Source: Acidobacteriota bacterium (lineage in GTDB: Bacteria > Pseudomonadota > Alphaproteobacteria > Caulobacterales > Hyphomonadaceae). From it: 32,000 nt of DNA. The stretch is taken from positions 85,778 through 117,777 of the forward strand of contig JADJRB010000010.1 of the NCBI GenBank assembly GCA_016712445.1, read 5' to 3'. The notes beneath the pieces were generated by a model. That model worked only from the letters and a program-made list of their open reading frames with translations, was not told where the DNA came from and searched no databases. Shown here piece after piece: positions 1-9,352 of the stretch (position 1 is the first letter of the stretch; each line of letters opens with the position of its first letter). Position numbers and translations under genes: made by a program.

Positions 1-1493
1 AACAGGTAGGAGCCGATCGGCTTGTTCGGTTCGCGCAGGCCCGCGCGGGCGAGCTTGATCGAGGCGGCGAGCGCAACGATGGCTTCGTCCTGGCCGAACA
101 CCACGCGCTTGAGATCACCTTCCAGCGATTTCAGCGAAGCAGCATCGTCGCTCGTCACCTGCTTGGGAGGAATGCGCGCAATCTTCGCGACGACCGCCTC
201 GATGTCGCGGATGCCGACCTGCTTCTTGCGCTTCGAGGCCGGCAGCAGCCACTGCGCCGCACCCGCTTCGTCGATCACGTCGATCGCCTTGTCGGGCAGC
301 TTGCGGTCCGTGATGTAACGGTCCGACAGCTCCACCGCCGCCTTGATCGCGTCGTTGGTATATTTCAGCCCGTGGAAGTCCTCGAACTTCGACTTCAGAC
401 CCGTGAGGATCTTGATCGTGTCCGGAACTGTCGGCTCGACCACGTCGATCTTGCGGAACCGGCGGCTCAGCGCGCGGTCCTTCTCGAAGTGCTGCTTGTA
501 TTCCTTGAACGTCGTCGAGCCCATGCAGCGCAGGCCGCCGGACTGCAGCGCAGGCTTCAGCAGGTTCGACGCATCCATCGCGCCGCCGCTCGTTGCGCCC
601 GCGCCGATGATCGTGTGGATCTCGTCGATGAATAGGATCGCTTTTTCCTGCTGCTCGAGTTCCTTCATCACCGACTTGAGGCGCTCCTCGAAGTCGCCGC
701 GATAGCGCGTGCCGGCGAGCAGCGCGCCCATGTCGAGCGACCAGATGATCGCGTCGTCCAGGATTTCCGGCGCTTCGCCTTCAACGATCCGTTTGGCCAG
801 GCCTTCGGCAATCGCCGTCTTGCCCACGCCGGGATCGCCGACGAGGATCGGGTTGTTCTTGTTGCGCCGGCACAGCACTTCGATGCAGCGGTTCACTTCC
901 ATGTCGCGGCCGATCAGCGGGTCGATCTTGCCGGCCCGGGCGCGCGCATTGAGGTTCACGCAGTAGGTGTCGAGCGCTTCGTGGCCTTGCTTGACCGGCT
1001 CTTCCTCGCTCGCCTCGGCGCCGCGCGGCGTCGTCGGGCGCGACATGCCCGGCTGTTTCGCCACGCCGTGCGAGATGTAGTTCACCGCGTCGTACCGCGT
1101 CATGTCCTGCTCCTGCAGGAAGTAGGCGGCATGGCTTTCGCGTTCGGAGAAGATCGAGACCAGCACGTTGGCGCCGGTCACTTCCTCGCGCCCGGAGCTT
1201 TCGACATGCAGGATCGCGCGCTGCACGACCCGCTGGAAAGCAGCCGTCGGCTGCACCCGCCCGTCGCTGCCATCCACGATGAGGCTCGACAGCTCCTCAT
1301 CGATGTAGCGCGTCAGGTCGACCCGGAGCTCGTCGATATTGACCTTGCAGGCCCCCATCACGTCACGCGCGTGCTCGTCCTCCGTGAGGGCCAGCAACAG
1401 GTGCTCCAGCGTGGCGTACTCGTGATCGCGTTCGGATGCGAGCGAGAGCGCTTTTTCAAGAGCCGTTTCGAGAGGTTGGGAAAGACGGGGCAA
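1..1493 (-). CDS. clpA: ATP-dependent Clp protease ATP-binding subunit ClpA (N-terminal ~497 aa; C-terminus runs off the left edge)
   Basis: Absent from the ORF track because it is open at the window edge. My reverse-complement translation from TTG at 1493-1491 reads (M)PRLSQPLETALEKALSLASERDHEYATLEHLLLAL... The Walker A motif GDPGVGKT is encoded around 815-850 (rc). It lies immediately downstream of clpS, the canonical clpS-clpA order. Confidence 0.9.
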   Translation of the reverse strand, partial: MPRLSQPLETALEKALSLASERDHEYATLEHLLLALTEDEHARDVMGACKVNIDELRVDLTRYIDEELSSLIVDGSDGRVQPTAAFQRVVQRAILHVESSGREEVTGANVLVSIFSERESHAAYFLQEQDMTRYDAVNYISHGVAKQPGMSRPTTPRGAEASEEEPVKQGHEALDTYCVNLNARARAGKIDPLIGRDMEVNRCIEVLCRRNKNNPILVGDPGVGKTAIAEGLAKRIVEGEAPEILDDAIIWSLDMGALLAGTRYRGDFEERLKSVMKELEQQEKAILFIDEIHTIIGAGATSGGAMDASNLLKPALQSGGLRCMGSTTFKEYKQHFEKDRALSRRFRKIDVVEPTVPDTIKILTGLKSKFEDFHGLKYTNDAIKAAVELSDRYITDRKLPDKAIDVIDEAGAAQWLLPASKRKKQVGIRDIEAVVAKIARIPPKQVTSDDAASLKSLEGDLKRVVFGQDEAIVALAASIKLARAGLREPNKPIGSYL

Positions 1494-1552
1494 GGAATGA
1501 AGCCTTTTCGGAGGTCGAGTTGGGAGGGGTCTTCTCTGGTTATATGGGGCGT

Positions 1553-1936
1553 CTAGTCTTCTTTCTCCATGACGCACTGGAGAGGATGTTCATGCCGGCG
1601 CGCGAGGTCCAGCACCTGGGCCACCTTGGTCTCGGCAACCTCGAATGTATAGACCCCGCAGAGGCCGACGCCCTTCTGGTGGACGTGCAGCATGATCCGC
1701 GTGGCCTGCTCGCGCGACCGGTTGAAGAACCGCTCGAGTATGAACACCACGAATTCCATCGGCGTGTAGTCATCATTGAGCAGCAGTACGCGATACAATG
1801 ATGGCTTTTTTGTTTTGATCCGGGTTTCGGTCGCGAGATCAAAGCTTATCCCGTCGCCGCCATCCGGTGTTCCGCCCCCTGGGGCGCCGGGCGTCGGCGA
1901 TCCGGACATCCGGACCGGGGCGAAAGCGCTGCTCAT
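1553..1936 (-). CDS. clpS: ATP-dependent Clp protease adaptor ClpS
   Basis: ORF 1553..1993 contains the ClpS core [29 protein letters not shown]...[23 protein letters not shown] start it at the ATG at 1936 (MSSAFAP...). The start is uncertain because the track ORF begins at a GTG at 1993. Confidence 0.88.
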   Translation of the reverse strand: MSSAFAPVRMSGSPTPGAPGGGTPDGGDGISFDLATETRIKTKKPSLYRVLLLNDDYTPMEFVVFILERFFNRSREQATRIMLHVHQKGVGLCGVYTFEVAETKVAQVLDLARRHEHPLQCVMEKED

Positions 1937-2007
1937 GTCTGACAAGATATACGTTCCTGCACGAGTTTGAAGATGCAATTGGCGCCTGAGCACAGCTCTG
2001 CCCGAAA

Positions 2008-2406
2008 TCAGGGCGTCCGGAGGGCTTCGGCAAATGCGTTGAGACGCTTTAGATTGGTGCCGAGGTCGGAATAGCCAACCCGTGACCTTGAGTAAGCTGC
2101 AAAAGTCGACCGGTTGGCTTGCCCGGCCGCCGGCAGCACCAGCACGTCCACGTCGTCCTTGAACCTCAGCAGCGGGGTCACCGCCACGAAGGTCAGCCGC
2201 ATCGCCGCCGGATCCTGCTCTCCCAGCACCCAGCCGCGCCGCTCCCCCACCCGTTTCAGCGCCCGCATGTAAAGGTCGCCGGCCGGCACGTCATAGACCG
2301 GCGCCGCGCCGTCCGCCTCCGCCTGCGTCAGGCCGGGCGGTGCGAGTAGCGCCGTGTTGGGGCTTGAAGGGCGCGTCAGGGTGGCGAAGTCGACAAAACC
2401 GGTCAT
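2008..2406 (-). CDS. DUF1499 domain-containing protein
   Basis: This is the last 132 codons of ORF 2008..2874, starting at the ATG at 2406 ([10 protein letters not shown]...). The C-terminal motif [20 protein letters not shown] is typical of DUF1499. The upstream part of the track ORF overlaps the neighbouring gene and is Arg/Ala-rich shadow. Confidence 0.72.
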   Translation of the reverse strand: MTGFVDFATLTRPSSPNTALLAPPGLTQAEADGAAPVYDVPAGDLYMRALKRVGERRGWVLGEQDPAAMRLTFVAVTPLLRFKDDVDVLVLPAAGQANRSTFAAYSRSRVGYSDLGTNLKRLNAFAEALRTP

Positions 2407-2423
2407 CGAAGCTGTCCTCTCGA

Positions 2424-3743
2424 TCAGTGCGGGCGCAACCCGGCGCGGCGGGCAAACGCGATGTTGACCCGGCTTTCCGGCCTGAGCGCAAGGCGCTCCT
2501 GAACCAGTGCCCGGGCAAGCGGGGCCACCTTGCCCCGGATGGCCGCCTCGGTCAGCGTCCAGTCGATCACGTCGCGCTGGGCATGGCTGCCGCCGAACAC
2601 GTTGGCAATCTGGCGCGCCGCCAGCAGCGGCTCGATGGCGCCCGCGAAGTCGCCGCGCTCGAACAGCAGCAGGCCGTCGATCACTGGCGCGCCGGTCTCC
2701 CGCATCCAGCGGTTCATTTCGCTCTGCGTGCTGCCCTGGTGCGCGATCTTCACAAGATCCGTCGCATCGCTGCGCCGGCCGGCGCCGATATAGGCGAGCG
2801 CGGCATGCACATCGTTGAAAGGATAGCACCGGCCATCTGCGTGCTGCGTCCAGGTGTCGGCCAGCTCGTCCCAACGGTCGCCGACGTCCACACCCAGCAG
2901 CTGCAACCGCCAGAGCAAGGAAGACGCGTCCACCAGGTTCTGCGCCACCGTGCTCGTCTCGGCGCGGACCTCTTCGTCATAAAGGCTGAGCGCAGCGTCG
3001 CCGTCACCCAGTTCCAGATGGCAGAGCGCCAGATGCCACCAGTTGTGCACTTTCAGGAAGTTGTCCGGCTGCGCCCAGTGCGAGCGCCGCTTGCGCATGA
3101 AATCGCGCCCTTCGGCTGCGCGCCCCTGCATCTCAAGCACATGCGCCACCGCGTGGTGCGCCCAGCTGTCATCCGGATCCCCCTCAAGTGCCTTGAGACC
3201 GGCGGTCTCGGCGCGGTGGTAATCGCCCATTTCCTCCAGACCGAAGGCCAGCATGCCCAGAAGGTGCGAACGCCCCGGCACGCCGTCCCAGGCCGGCAGT
3301 GCCCGCGCAATCCGGTCGCGCAGGTTGCGCGCGTTGGCGGTGAGGAAATCGGCCTGGTGCCCGGCCAGCAGTCCGATCAGGTCGCAGGGAAAGTTGGCAT
3401 TGTGCAGGTCGAGCGCCCGGGAGGCCGCCGTCCACTCCGTAGCCGCCGCGAGTTTGAGCGCGCCGAGGTGGCTCAGCTCGCGCGGCCCCAGCGGCATTTC
3501 GGCAATTTCCTCGACCATCCGCCGCGCTGACGCGGTCGCCTGCGGTTCGGTGGACATGGCGTAGATCCACGCCTTGGCAATCAGGGCCATGGCGAACTCT
3601 GGCGCCTCATCGAGGGCCTCGCGCAGAGGCTCGAGCGGATCGCCGCAAAAACGGGCAAACCGACCCACGGACAGATCAAACAGCTCCGCTGACCGGGGCG
3701 TTGCCCCTGTCAGTTCCACGCCTTGCCGGTCCCGAATCGTCAT
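2424..3743 (-). CDS. Tetratricopeptide-repeat protein, TTC38 family
   Basis: ORF 2424..4073 trimmed to the ATG at 3743 (MTIRDRQGVELTG...). It carries TPR-like helices and the family-typical NFLKVHNWWHLALCHLELGDGDAALSLYDEEV. The first ~110 codons of the track ORF are Pro/Arg/Ser-rich and lie over the phasin terminator. Confidence 0.7.
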   Translation of the reverse strand: MTIRDRQGVELTGATPRSAELFDLSVGRFARFCGDPLEPLREALDEAPEFAMALIAKAWIYAMSTEPQATASARRMVEEIAEMPLGPRELSHLGALKLAAATEWTAASRALDLHNANFPCDLIGLLAGHQADFLTANARNLRDRIARALPAWDGVPGRSHLLGMLAFGLEEMGDYHRAETAGLKALEGDPDDSWAHHAVAHVLEMQGRAAEGRDFMRKRRSHWAQPDNFLKVHNWWHLALCHLELGDGDAALSLYDEEVRAETSTVAQNLVDASSLLWRLQLLGVDVGDRWDELADTWTQHADGRCYPFNDVHAALAYIGAGRRSDATDLVKIAHQGSTQSEMNRWMRETGAPVIDGLLLFERGDFAGAIEPLLAARQIANVFGGSHAQRDVIDWTLTEAAIRGKVAPLARALVQERLALRPESRVNIAFARRAGLRPH

Positions 3744-3824
3744 CGCCTGGCTCCCGCCCGCGCCCCATCCGGCACACTCTGTGGCGGACGCCCCCGAGTC
3801 GCAAGCGGAACCGGGCGGGCGGCC

Positions 3825-3858
3825 AAACGAAAAGGGCCGGACCAAGAAGGTCCGGCCC
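3825..3858 (-). terminator. Rho-independent terminator downstream of the phasin gene
   Basis: Perfect 10-bp stem GGGCCGGACC (3834-3843) / GGTCCGGCCC (3849-3858) with loop AAGAA. On the minus strand it is followed by TTTTCGTTT (rc of 3825-3833). Confidence 0.8.
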
Positions 3859-3918
3859 CTGAACTCTACTTCGCACGCTACTGCCGGACGCCTCCTGGAA
3901 GGCTGTCCAACCTCGAGC

Positions 3919-4335
3919 TTACTTCGCGAAGGAAGCCATATACGGTTTTGCAGCGTTGCGCCATGCGGCAACGCAAAGCTCGGTCTGGGCCGACATCTCG
4001 GTGGTGAAGGCCGAGAACATCGACTTGGCGAACGCCGATTGCAGCTCGAACATCTCGCGCGGGTCGCGGACATTGGCGAGCGTCTGGGTCAGCTCAACGC
4101 CCTGTTCCATGGCCGAAGTCATGAAGTTGACGTTCCGGTTGCCGAGTTCGCGCAGGACTTCGCCCGAAGCCACGGCGCTGTCGGTCATCGCCTTGACGCC
4201 GCCTTCAGCAAAGCCGGTGAACTTCGAGGCCATTTCAGTGATCTGGTCGACGCCCGCTTCGATCTGCTTGGTCGTTGCGGTGTTCGGACGGGCTTCCGCT
4301 TTGGCGCGGGCCGTCGATGCAGTGGTCTTGGCCAT
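3919..4335 (-). CDS. Phasin family protein (PHA granule-associated)
   Basis: ORF 3919..4395 trimmed to the ATG at 4335 (MAKTTASTARAKAEARPN...), preceded by AAGGA. The helical, Ala-rich sequence ...FELQSAFAKSMFSAFTTEMSAQTELCVAAWRNAAKPY is phasin-like. Confidence 0.82.
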   Translation of the reverse strand: MAKTTASTARAKAEARPNTATTKQIEAGVDQITEMASKFTGFAEGGVKAMTDSAVASGEVLRELGNRNVNFMTSAMEQGVELTQTLANVRDPREMFELQSAFAKSMFSAFTTEMSAQTELCVAAWRNAAKPYMASFAK

Positions 4336-4569
4336 TTGGGGAATCCTTCTGTTGTAAGGTGTGTTCTGGATAGCACACTCCCCTCGCAAGTGCAATAAAT
4401 TTTGTGCGCTGCAACATTAATCATTTGGCGTTGGGTTTGCATTCATCTTGCATCAGTTACAAAACTATCAGCGACGGGGCTGCGTTAAGGTGTGGTCAAC
4501 TGGTTTGACCGAATCTAGGTTCCACTCGGGAAGACCGGGGGTTCTGCGTATTTTGGAGGTGGCCGTTTA

Positions 4570-5748
4570 ATGGCGCTGCTCAACCTTTCCCTGTACCGCG
4601 CCGCGGCTGCCACCCTGGCGGTTGCATCGGTTGGCGCGATGGCTGCCCCCTCGGCCCTGGCTGAAAAATATGCCGCGCTGGTCATGGATGCCGATACCAA
4701 CGAGATCCTGCATTCCCGCAACGCTGAAGACCTTCGGTATCCCGCGTCGCTGACCAAGGTGATGACGCTTTACCTGCTGTTTGACGCCATCGATTCCGGC
4801 GAGGTCAAACTCACCGACAAGATGACCGTGTCGCGCAACGCCGCAGCCCAGCCGCCGTCGAACCTCAAGCTGAAGTCCGGCGACAAGATCAAGGTCGAAG
4901 ACGCGATCTACGCGCTGGTCACCAAATCGGCCAACGATGTGGCCGTGGTCGTGGCCGAACACCTCGGCGGCACCGAGCGCAAGTTCGCCGTCAAGATGAC
5001 CGACAAGGCCCGCGACCTCGGCCTCAAGAACACGACCTTCAAGAACGCGTCCGGCCTGCCGAACACCGAGCAGACCACGACCGCCTACGACCTCGCGCTC
5101 CTCGCCGATGCGCTGATGGAGCAGCACGAGCAGTATTATCACTACTTCCAGAAGGACAAGTTCTCCTGGGGCCGGATGGTCTACAAGAACCACAACGACC
5201 TGATCGGCAAGGTCGACGGCGTTGACGGCATCAAGACTGGCTACACCCGCGCCTCCGGCTTCAACCTGATGACCTCCGCCGAACGCGATGGCCACCGTGT
5301 GATCGCGGTGATGCTCGGCGGCGCAACCGCCAAGTCGCGCAACGAGCATGTCGAAGCCCTCGTCGAAGCCGCCTTCGCCACGCTGGGCGGCCCGGCCGAC
5401 CCGACCTCGCCCCAGCTGCGCGGCACGACCGCCACCTTCGCCTCGGTCGAGACCCCGGTGAACCCCAACGCCGCCGCCGAGCCGATGCTCAATGGCAAGC
5501 CGCTCAGCGCCTTCACCGCACCGGCCGTCAACCTGACCCTCGCCGAGAACACCGAAGAAGACCTGCCGGGCGACGCGATCGTCATGGAAGGCGACAGCTC
5601 CGAAGACGTGGCCGAAATGCAGCCCTCGCCGGCCCTGCCCGCGCCCGGCGCCAGCTTCTCGGTCAGCGAGTACGAAGCCCGCCAGGTCGCCAAGCCCGAC
5701 CCGGCCGCTGAAGTCAGCGAATACGTCCGCCGCCAGATCCGCCGCTGA
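4570..5748 (+). CDS. D-alanyl-D-alanine carboxypeptidase (peptidase S11, PBP5/6-like) with a long low-complexity C-terminal tail
   Basis: Signal peptide MALLNLSLYRAAAATLAVASVGAMAAPSALA. Catalytic motifs are SLTK (SxxK), SAN (SxN) and KTG. GGAGGTG lies upstream of the ATG. Confidence 0.86.
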   Translation: MALLNLSLYRAAAATLAVASVGAMAAPSALAEKYAALVMDADTNEILHSRNAEDLRYPASLTKVMTLYLLFDAIDSGEVKLTDKMTVSRNAAAQPPSNLKLKSGDKIKVEDAIYALVTKSANDVAVVVAEHLGGTERKFAVKMTDKARDLGLKNTTFKNASGLPNTEQTTTAYDLALLADALMEQHEQYYHYFQKDKFSWGRMVYKNHNDLIGKVDGVDGIKTGYTRASGFNLMTSAERDGHRVIAVMLGGATAKSRNEHVEALVEAAFATLGGPADPTSPQLRGTTATFASVETPVNPNAAAEPMLNGKPLSAFTAPAVNLTLAENTEEDLPGDAIVMEGDSSEDVAEMQPSPALPAPGASFSVSEYEARQVAKPDPAAEVSEYVRRQIRR

Positions 5749-5838
5749 GGCGGTGAGCGCACCGGGGGGCTTGCCGAAGCCGCCCGGCTCCCGCACAACG
5801 CCGCTCCCTGTCCTGAACCGGCCCGGAGCAGCCCGCAC

Positions 5839-6804
5839 GTGAGCGCATCCTCAGACCTGAACCTCGCCCGCAGCGTCGTCCGCATCGAACGCGACGCGCT
5901 CGACAAGCTTGAAATGTCCCTCGGCAACAGCCTGGTCGAAGCGGTCGATGTCATCCTGTCGACTGACCGGCACGTCGTCGTCGCCGGCGTAGGCAAGTCC
6001 GGACATATCGGACAGAAGATCGCCGCGAGCCTCGCCTCGACCGGCACGCCCTCTTTCTTCATCCACCCGACCGAAGCCAGCCACGGCGACCTCGGCATGC
6101 TGGTGCCGGGCTCGGTCGTCATCGCCATTTCCTATTCCGGCGAAAGCCGCGAACTCGTCGACCTCCTGCGCTACTGCAAGGCCAACAACATTCCCCTCAT
6201 CGCGATGACCCGCGCCGCCGATTCCACGCTCGGCCGTTTCGCCGATGTGCTGCTGGAAATGCCGACGGTTGCCGAAGCCTGCCCCAACGGCCTCGCGCCC
6301 ACCTCGTCCACCACGATGGCGCTTGCCCTCGGCGACGCATTGACCATCGTCCTGATGGCGCGGCGCGGCTTCTCGCGCGAGGATTTCGGCTTCCGCCACC
6401 CCGGCGGCAAGCTCGGCCGCACCCTGCAGACGGCCGGCGATTATGTCCGTGAGCGGAAGGATGCGCTTCCGCTGGTCGAAGCCGGCGCCAATTTCGAAGC
6501 GCTTGTCTATGCCGTCTCCGAAGGCCGCAAGGGCTGCGCCGGCGTGGTAGACGACAAGGGCGCGCTCGTCGGCATGGTCACCGACGGCGACCTGCGCCGC
6601 GCCATGCTCGCCGGCAAGACCGGCCTTCCCGCCCGCGACGTGATGACCGTCCGCCCACGCACGATCGACCCGGACGAACGCATGCAGTTCGTCATCAAGG
6701 CGCTGAGCGAGAACCGCATCTCGAACGCCTTCGTCGTCGGCGAGAACGGCGCCCCGCTCGGCCTCATCGACATGAAGGACCTGCTCGCCGAGGGCTACCT
6801 CTGA
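5839..6804 (+). CDS. KpsF/GutQ-family arabinose-5-phosphate isomerase (SIS domain plus tandem CBS)
   Basis: 321 aa with a GTG start. SIS motif VVVAGVGKSGHIGQKIAASLASTG. The C-terminal CBS pair contains ...VVDDKGALVGMVTDGDLRR... and ...VVGENGAPLGLIDMKDLL. Confidence 0.86.
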   Translation: MSASSDLNLARSVVRIERDALDKLEMSLGNSLVEAVDVILSTDRHVVVAGVGKSGHIGQKIAASLASTGTPSFFIHPTEASHGDLGMLVPGSVVIAISYSGESRELVDLLRYCKANNIPLIAMTRAADSTLGRFADVLLEMPTVAEACPNGLAPTSSTTMALALGDALTIVLMARRGFSREDFGFRHPGGKLGRTLQTAGDYVRERKDALPLVEAGANFEALVYAVSEGRKGCAGVVDDKGALVGMVTDGDLRRAMLAGKTGLPARDVMTVRPRTIDPDERMQFVIKALSENRISNAFVVGENGAPLGLIDMKDLLAEGYL

Positions 6805-6853
6805 CCCACGCGCCCCCTCGCCCGAAGGCGAAGGGGCCGGGACCCGCAGGTAT

Positions 6854-7648
6854 CTATTTCACCAGTTCGAACAACACGCTGACGCTCGCCGTCACACCCA
6901 CTTCGCCGCCCGAAACCGGCGAAGACGCCTGGTCCATCGCCATTTCCGCGCGGGCATAAGCCATCGGCTGCGGCGCATACTCGTAGCCCTCGTTGATGGT
7001 CACGATCCGCGCCACGCGCATGCCGGCCGCCGAGGCATAGAGCTCCGCCTTCGCCATCGCATCCTTCATCGCCATCGTGCGGGCTTCGTTCTTGATTTCC
7101 TTGTCATCCTCGATCGCGAAGTTGACGCCGGAGAACGTGTTGCCGCCCGATTTCACCAGGCTGTCGATGGTGGCGCCCAGCGAATCCAGGTCGCGCACGC
7201 GCGCCGTCACCTGGTTGGTCGCCACGTAGCCGGCCAGCTTCTGCACGCCGCGCGAGCTGCCATCCTTCAGCTTCTCCTCGATATAGTCATAGCGCGGATA
7301 GAGGCTCAGGCCGGACGTCTGGATGTCCCGTTTCGTCAGGCCGGCCTTCTCGAGCGCGGCAAACACGCCGTTCATCGCCTTTGCCTGCGCGGCCATCGCT
7401 TCACCCGCGGTCGCGCGCTCCTCGGTGACACCCGCCGTGATGTAGGCAATGTCAGGCGCGCGCTGGATCTTGGCTTCTGCGTTGATCTGCAGCGTCGTCT
7501 CGGGCTGGATCGAATTGTGGTTCATCATCTGCGCCATTGCAGGGTTCCCCGTCATGGGCGCTGCCGAAGCAGGCATTGGCATTTGTGCGCAGGCGACAGG
7601 CGCCGCGGCGAACATCAGGGCAATCAACGAAATTAAGGGACGTTTCAT
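6854..7648 (-). CDS. SIMPL/DUF541 periplasmic protein (BP26/Omp28-like)
   Basis: ORF 6854..7714 trimmed to the ATG at 7648 (MKRPLISLIALMFAAAPVACA signal peptide) with AAGGAGA upstream. The body resembles 26-kDa periplasmic immunogenic proteins (...GYVATNQVTARVRDL...AELYASAAGMRV...). Confidence 0.8.
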   Translation of the reverse strand: MKRPLISLIALMFAAAPVACAQMPMPASAAPMTGNPAMAQMMNHNSIQPETTLQINAEAKIQRAPDIAYITAGVTEERATAGEAMAAQAKAMNGVFAALEKAGLTKRDIQTSGLSLYPRYDYIEEKLKDGSSRGVQKLAGYVATNQVTARVRDLDSLGATIDSLVKSGGNTFSGVNFAIEDDKEIKNEARTMAMKDAMAKAELYASAAGMRVARIVTINEGYEYAPQPMAYARAEMAMDQASSPVSGGEVGVTASVSVLFELVK

Positions 7649-7747
7649 GGAGGTCTCCTTCGAGGGGTGAGTAACCGGTACGCCTGTCTTCTCTACCGAA
7701 CAAGGCCGTTGCAAGGCGTCCCTGCGGCGCCTAAACGACCTGCGCAG

Positions 7748-7824
7748 GGGCCTGTAGCTCAGTTGGTTAGAGCGGACCGCTCATAACGGTTTGGTCGCAG
7801 GTTCAAGTCCTGCCGGGCCCACCA
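7748..7824 (+). tRNA. tRNA with CAU anticodon (elongator tRNA-Met, or possibly lysidine-modified tRNA-Ile2)
   Basis: I folded the cloverleaf by hand. Acceptor stem GGGCCTG/CGGGCCC, D-arm GCTC-AGTTGGTTA-GAGC, anticodon stem-loop GACCG-CTCATAA-CGGTT, T-arm GCAGG-TTCAAGT-CCTGC, and an encoded CCA. It is not an initiator: 1-72 is paired and there is no GGG/CCC anticodon stem. Confidence 0.9.
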
Positions 7825-7960
7825 CACCTCCCGCGCCATCGGCAACATCGGGAACGAGCCGGCCCGCCGCCGGTTCCCTGATCGCCGCCGCCCCTTCCCA
7901 TGGGGCGCCTGTTGCGTGAGGTTCGGGCGGCACCACACCCATGATTGCGGAGGCCCGCCC

Positions 7961-9211
7961 ATGAAAGCCGATTCACGTCCGCCCCGCTCGCTGGCCGCCA
8001 TGCGACTTGCCGCCGGCAGCCTGCTGATCGCCATGAGCGCGCTATATGTCGCCGCCGTGCTGAACACGGGCGCGGCCTGGGGCTATGCCAAGGCCTTCGC
8101 CGAGGCTGCCATGGTCGGCGGCCTCGCCGACTGGTTCGCCGTCACCGCCCTCTTCCGCCGGCCGCTCGGACTGCCGATCCCGCACACGGCGATCATTCCC
8201 CGCAGCAAGGCACGCATCGCAACCGCGCTCGGGGATTTCGTTGCCGTCAACTTCCTCGCACCAGACGTCGTGCGCGAACGCCTCGGCCAGCAGGACCTCG
8301 CCGGCTCCCTCGCCCGCCAGATCAGCGATCCCCAGACCGCGCGCCGCATCGCAGACGGCCTGTTCGACGCCCTGCCGGGCCTCGTCGACCTGCTCGACGA
8401 CGACGCCGTGAGCGACTTCCTGCACCGGCAGATGTCGGAACTGAGCCGGGGCGGACGCCTGCCCTCGGCCATCGGCTCAGGCCTGCGCCTGCTCACCGAT
8501 CAGGGTCGCCACCAGCCGGTGCTGGATGCCGCCCTGTCGGAAGCGTGGCATGCACTGGCGGAAAACGAGCCAGTCATCCGCGCAAGTGTCAGCGCGCGCA
8601 CCAACTGGTTCCTGCGGCTCGTATCGGTCGACGCGAGCACCTCGAATGCCATGATTGGCGCCATCGAAGACTCGCTGCGCGCAATGGCGCATAATCCTGA
8701 CCATCCGGCCCGCCAGCGGGTGACCGCGCTGTTGCAGCGGTTCTCGGACGATCTGCAGAAATCGCCCGCCCTTCAGGCGCAGGTGGAACAGGTTCTCGCC
8801 GAGGCGCTCGCCCATCCCGCCATCGGAACGTGGCTCGACGCGATCTGGGAAAGCCTGAAATCCGCCGTGCGCGACAGCGCCGCCGACTCCAATTCCGAAG
8901 CGCGTCAGGGGCTCGCCGACACGGTCGCCCACTTCGGCGAATCGCTCAGCACCGATCCGGCGGCGCAGGAGGCCATCAACAGCCGCCTGCGTGTCCTGCT
9001 TGCAGAGCTGGCCGGCCGGCATGGCAGCGACATCGCGCGCCTGATCTCCGACACCATCCAGGGCTGGGACTCGCGCACCGTCGTCGAAAAGCTCGAACAG
9101 AATGTCGGCCCGGACCTGCAGTTCATCCGCATCAACGGCACGCTGATCGGCGGACTCATCGGGCTTACGATCCATCAGCTGACGCTCTGGCTCGCCCCGC
9201 ACGGCGGGTGA
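7961..9211 (+). CDS. DUF445 domain-containing membrane protein (YjiN-like)
   Basis: ORF 7916..9211 trimmed to the ATG at 7961 (MKADSRPP...). It carries the DUF445 signature GGLADWFAVTALFRRPLGLPIPHTAIIPRSK and a C-terminal TM helix. Confidence 0.75.
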   Translation: MKADSRPPRSLAAMRLAAGSLLIAMSALYVAAVLNTGAAWGYAKAFAEAAMVGGLADWFAVTALFRRPLGLPIPHTAIIPRSKARIATALGDFVAVNFLAPDVVRERLGQQDLAGSLARQISDPQTARRIADGLFDALPGLVDLLDDDAVSDFLHRQMSELSRGGRLPSAIGSGLRLLTDQGRHQPVLDAALSEAWHALAENEPVIRASVSARTNWFLRLVSVDASTSNAMIGAIEDSLRAMAHNPDHPARQRVTALLQRFSDDLQKSPALQAQVEQVLAEALAHPAIGTWLDAIWESLKSAVRDSAADSNSEARQGLADTVAHFGESLSTDPAAQEAINSRLRVLLAELAGRHGSDIARLISDTIQGWDSRTVVEKLEQNVGPDLQFIRINGTLIGGLIGLTIHQLTLWLAPHGG

Positions 9212-9352
9212 TCGGAGGCAGGCGCCGCACGTGATTTTCCACCCCAAGATTACAGTTTGGCAATGAGAATGGGGTTTTCGCCGGTGGCGTTAAGTGGCAC
9301 TAGTCGGCAACGAAAAAATGCGCGCCCGAAGATGGTTCAGGAGTAGAGTGCC

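Noticed and set aside
2340-3530. 396-aa plus-strand ORF
   Set aside because: It is antisense to the TTC38-family TPR gene and the DUF1499 gene. It is Arg/Ala/Pro/His-rich with no recognisable domain, so I treat it as a shadow ORF.
2424-4073. N-terminal 110-codon extension of the TPR gene; a similar extension occurs in ORF 2008..2874
   Set aside because: The extensions are Pro/Arg/Ser-rich and run across the phasin terminator hairpin or the neighbouring gene. Internal ATGs (3743 and 2406) give proteins that begin where family-like sequence begins.
4567-5838. 423-aa minus-strand ORF
   Set aside because: It is entirely antisense to the well-supported DD-carboxypeptidase gene. The translation is Gly/Arg/Val-rich low complexity (GGGVGVHRGLDRGEGGGRAAQLGRGRVGRAAQRGEGG) with no motifs, a typical GC-rich shadow ORF.
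7748-7960. Possible integration hotspot or genomic island next to the tRNA(CAU) gene
   Set aside because: I saw no integrase, no direct repeat of the tRNA 3' end and no compositional break downstream. The next gene (DUF445) has normal host-like composition. The GGGAAC...GTTCCC hairpin at ~7847-7878 is probably just the tRNA terminator.
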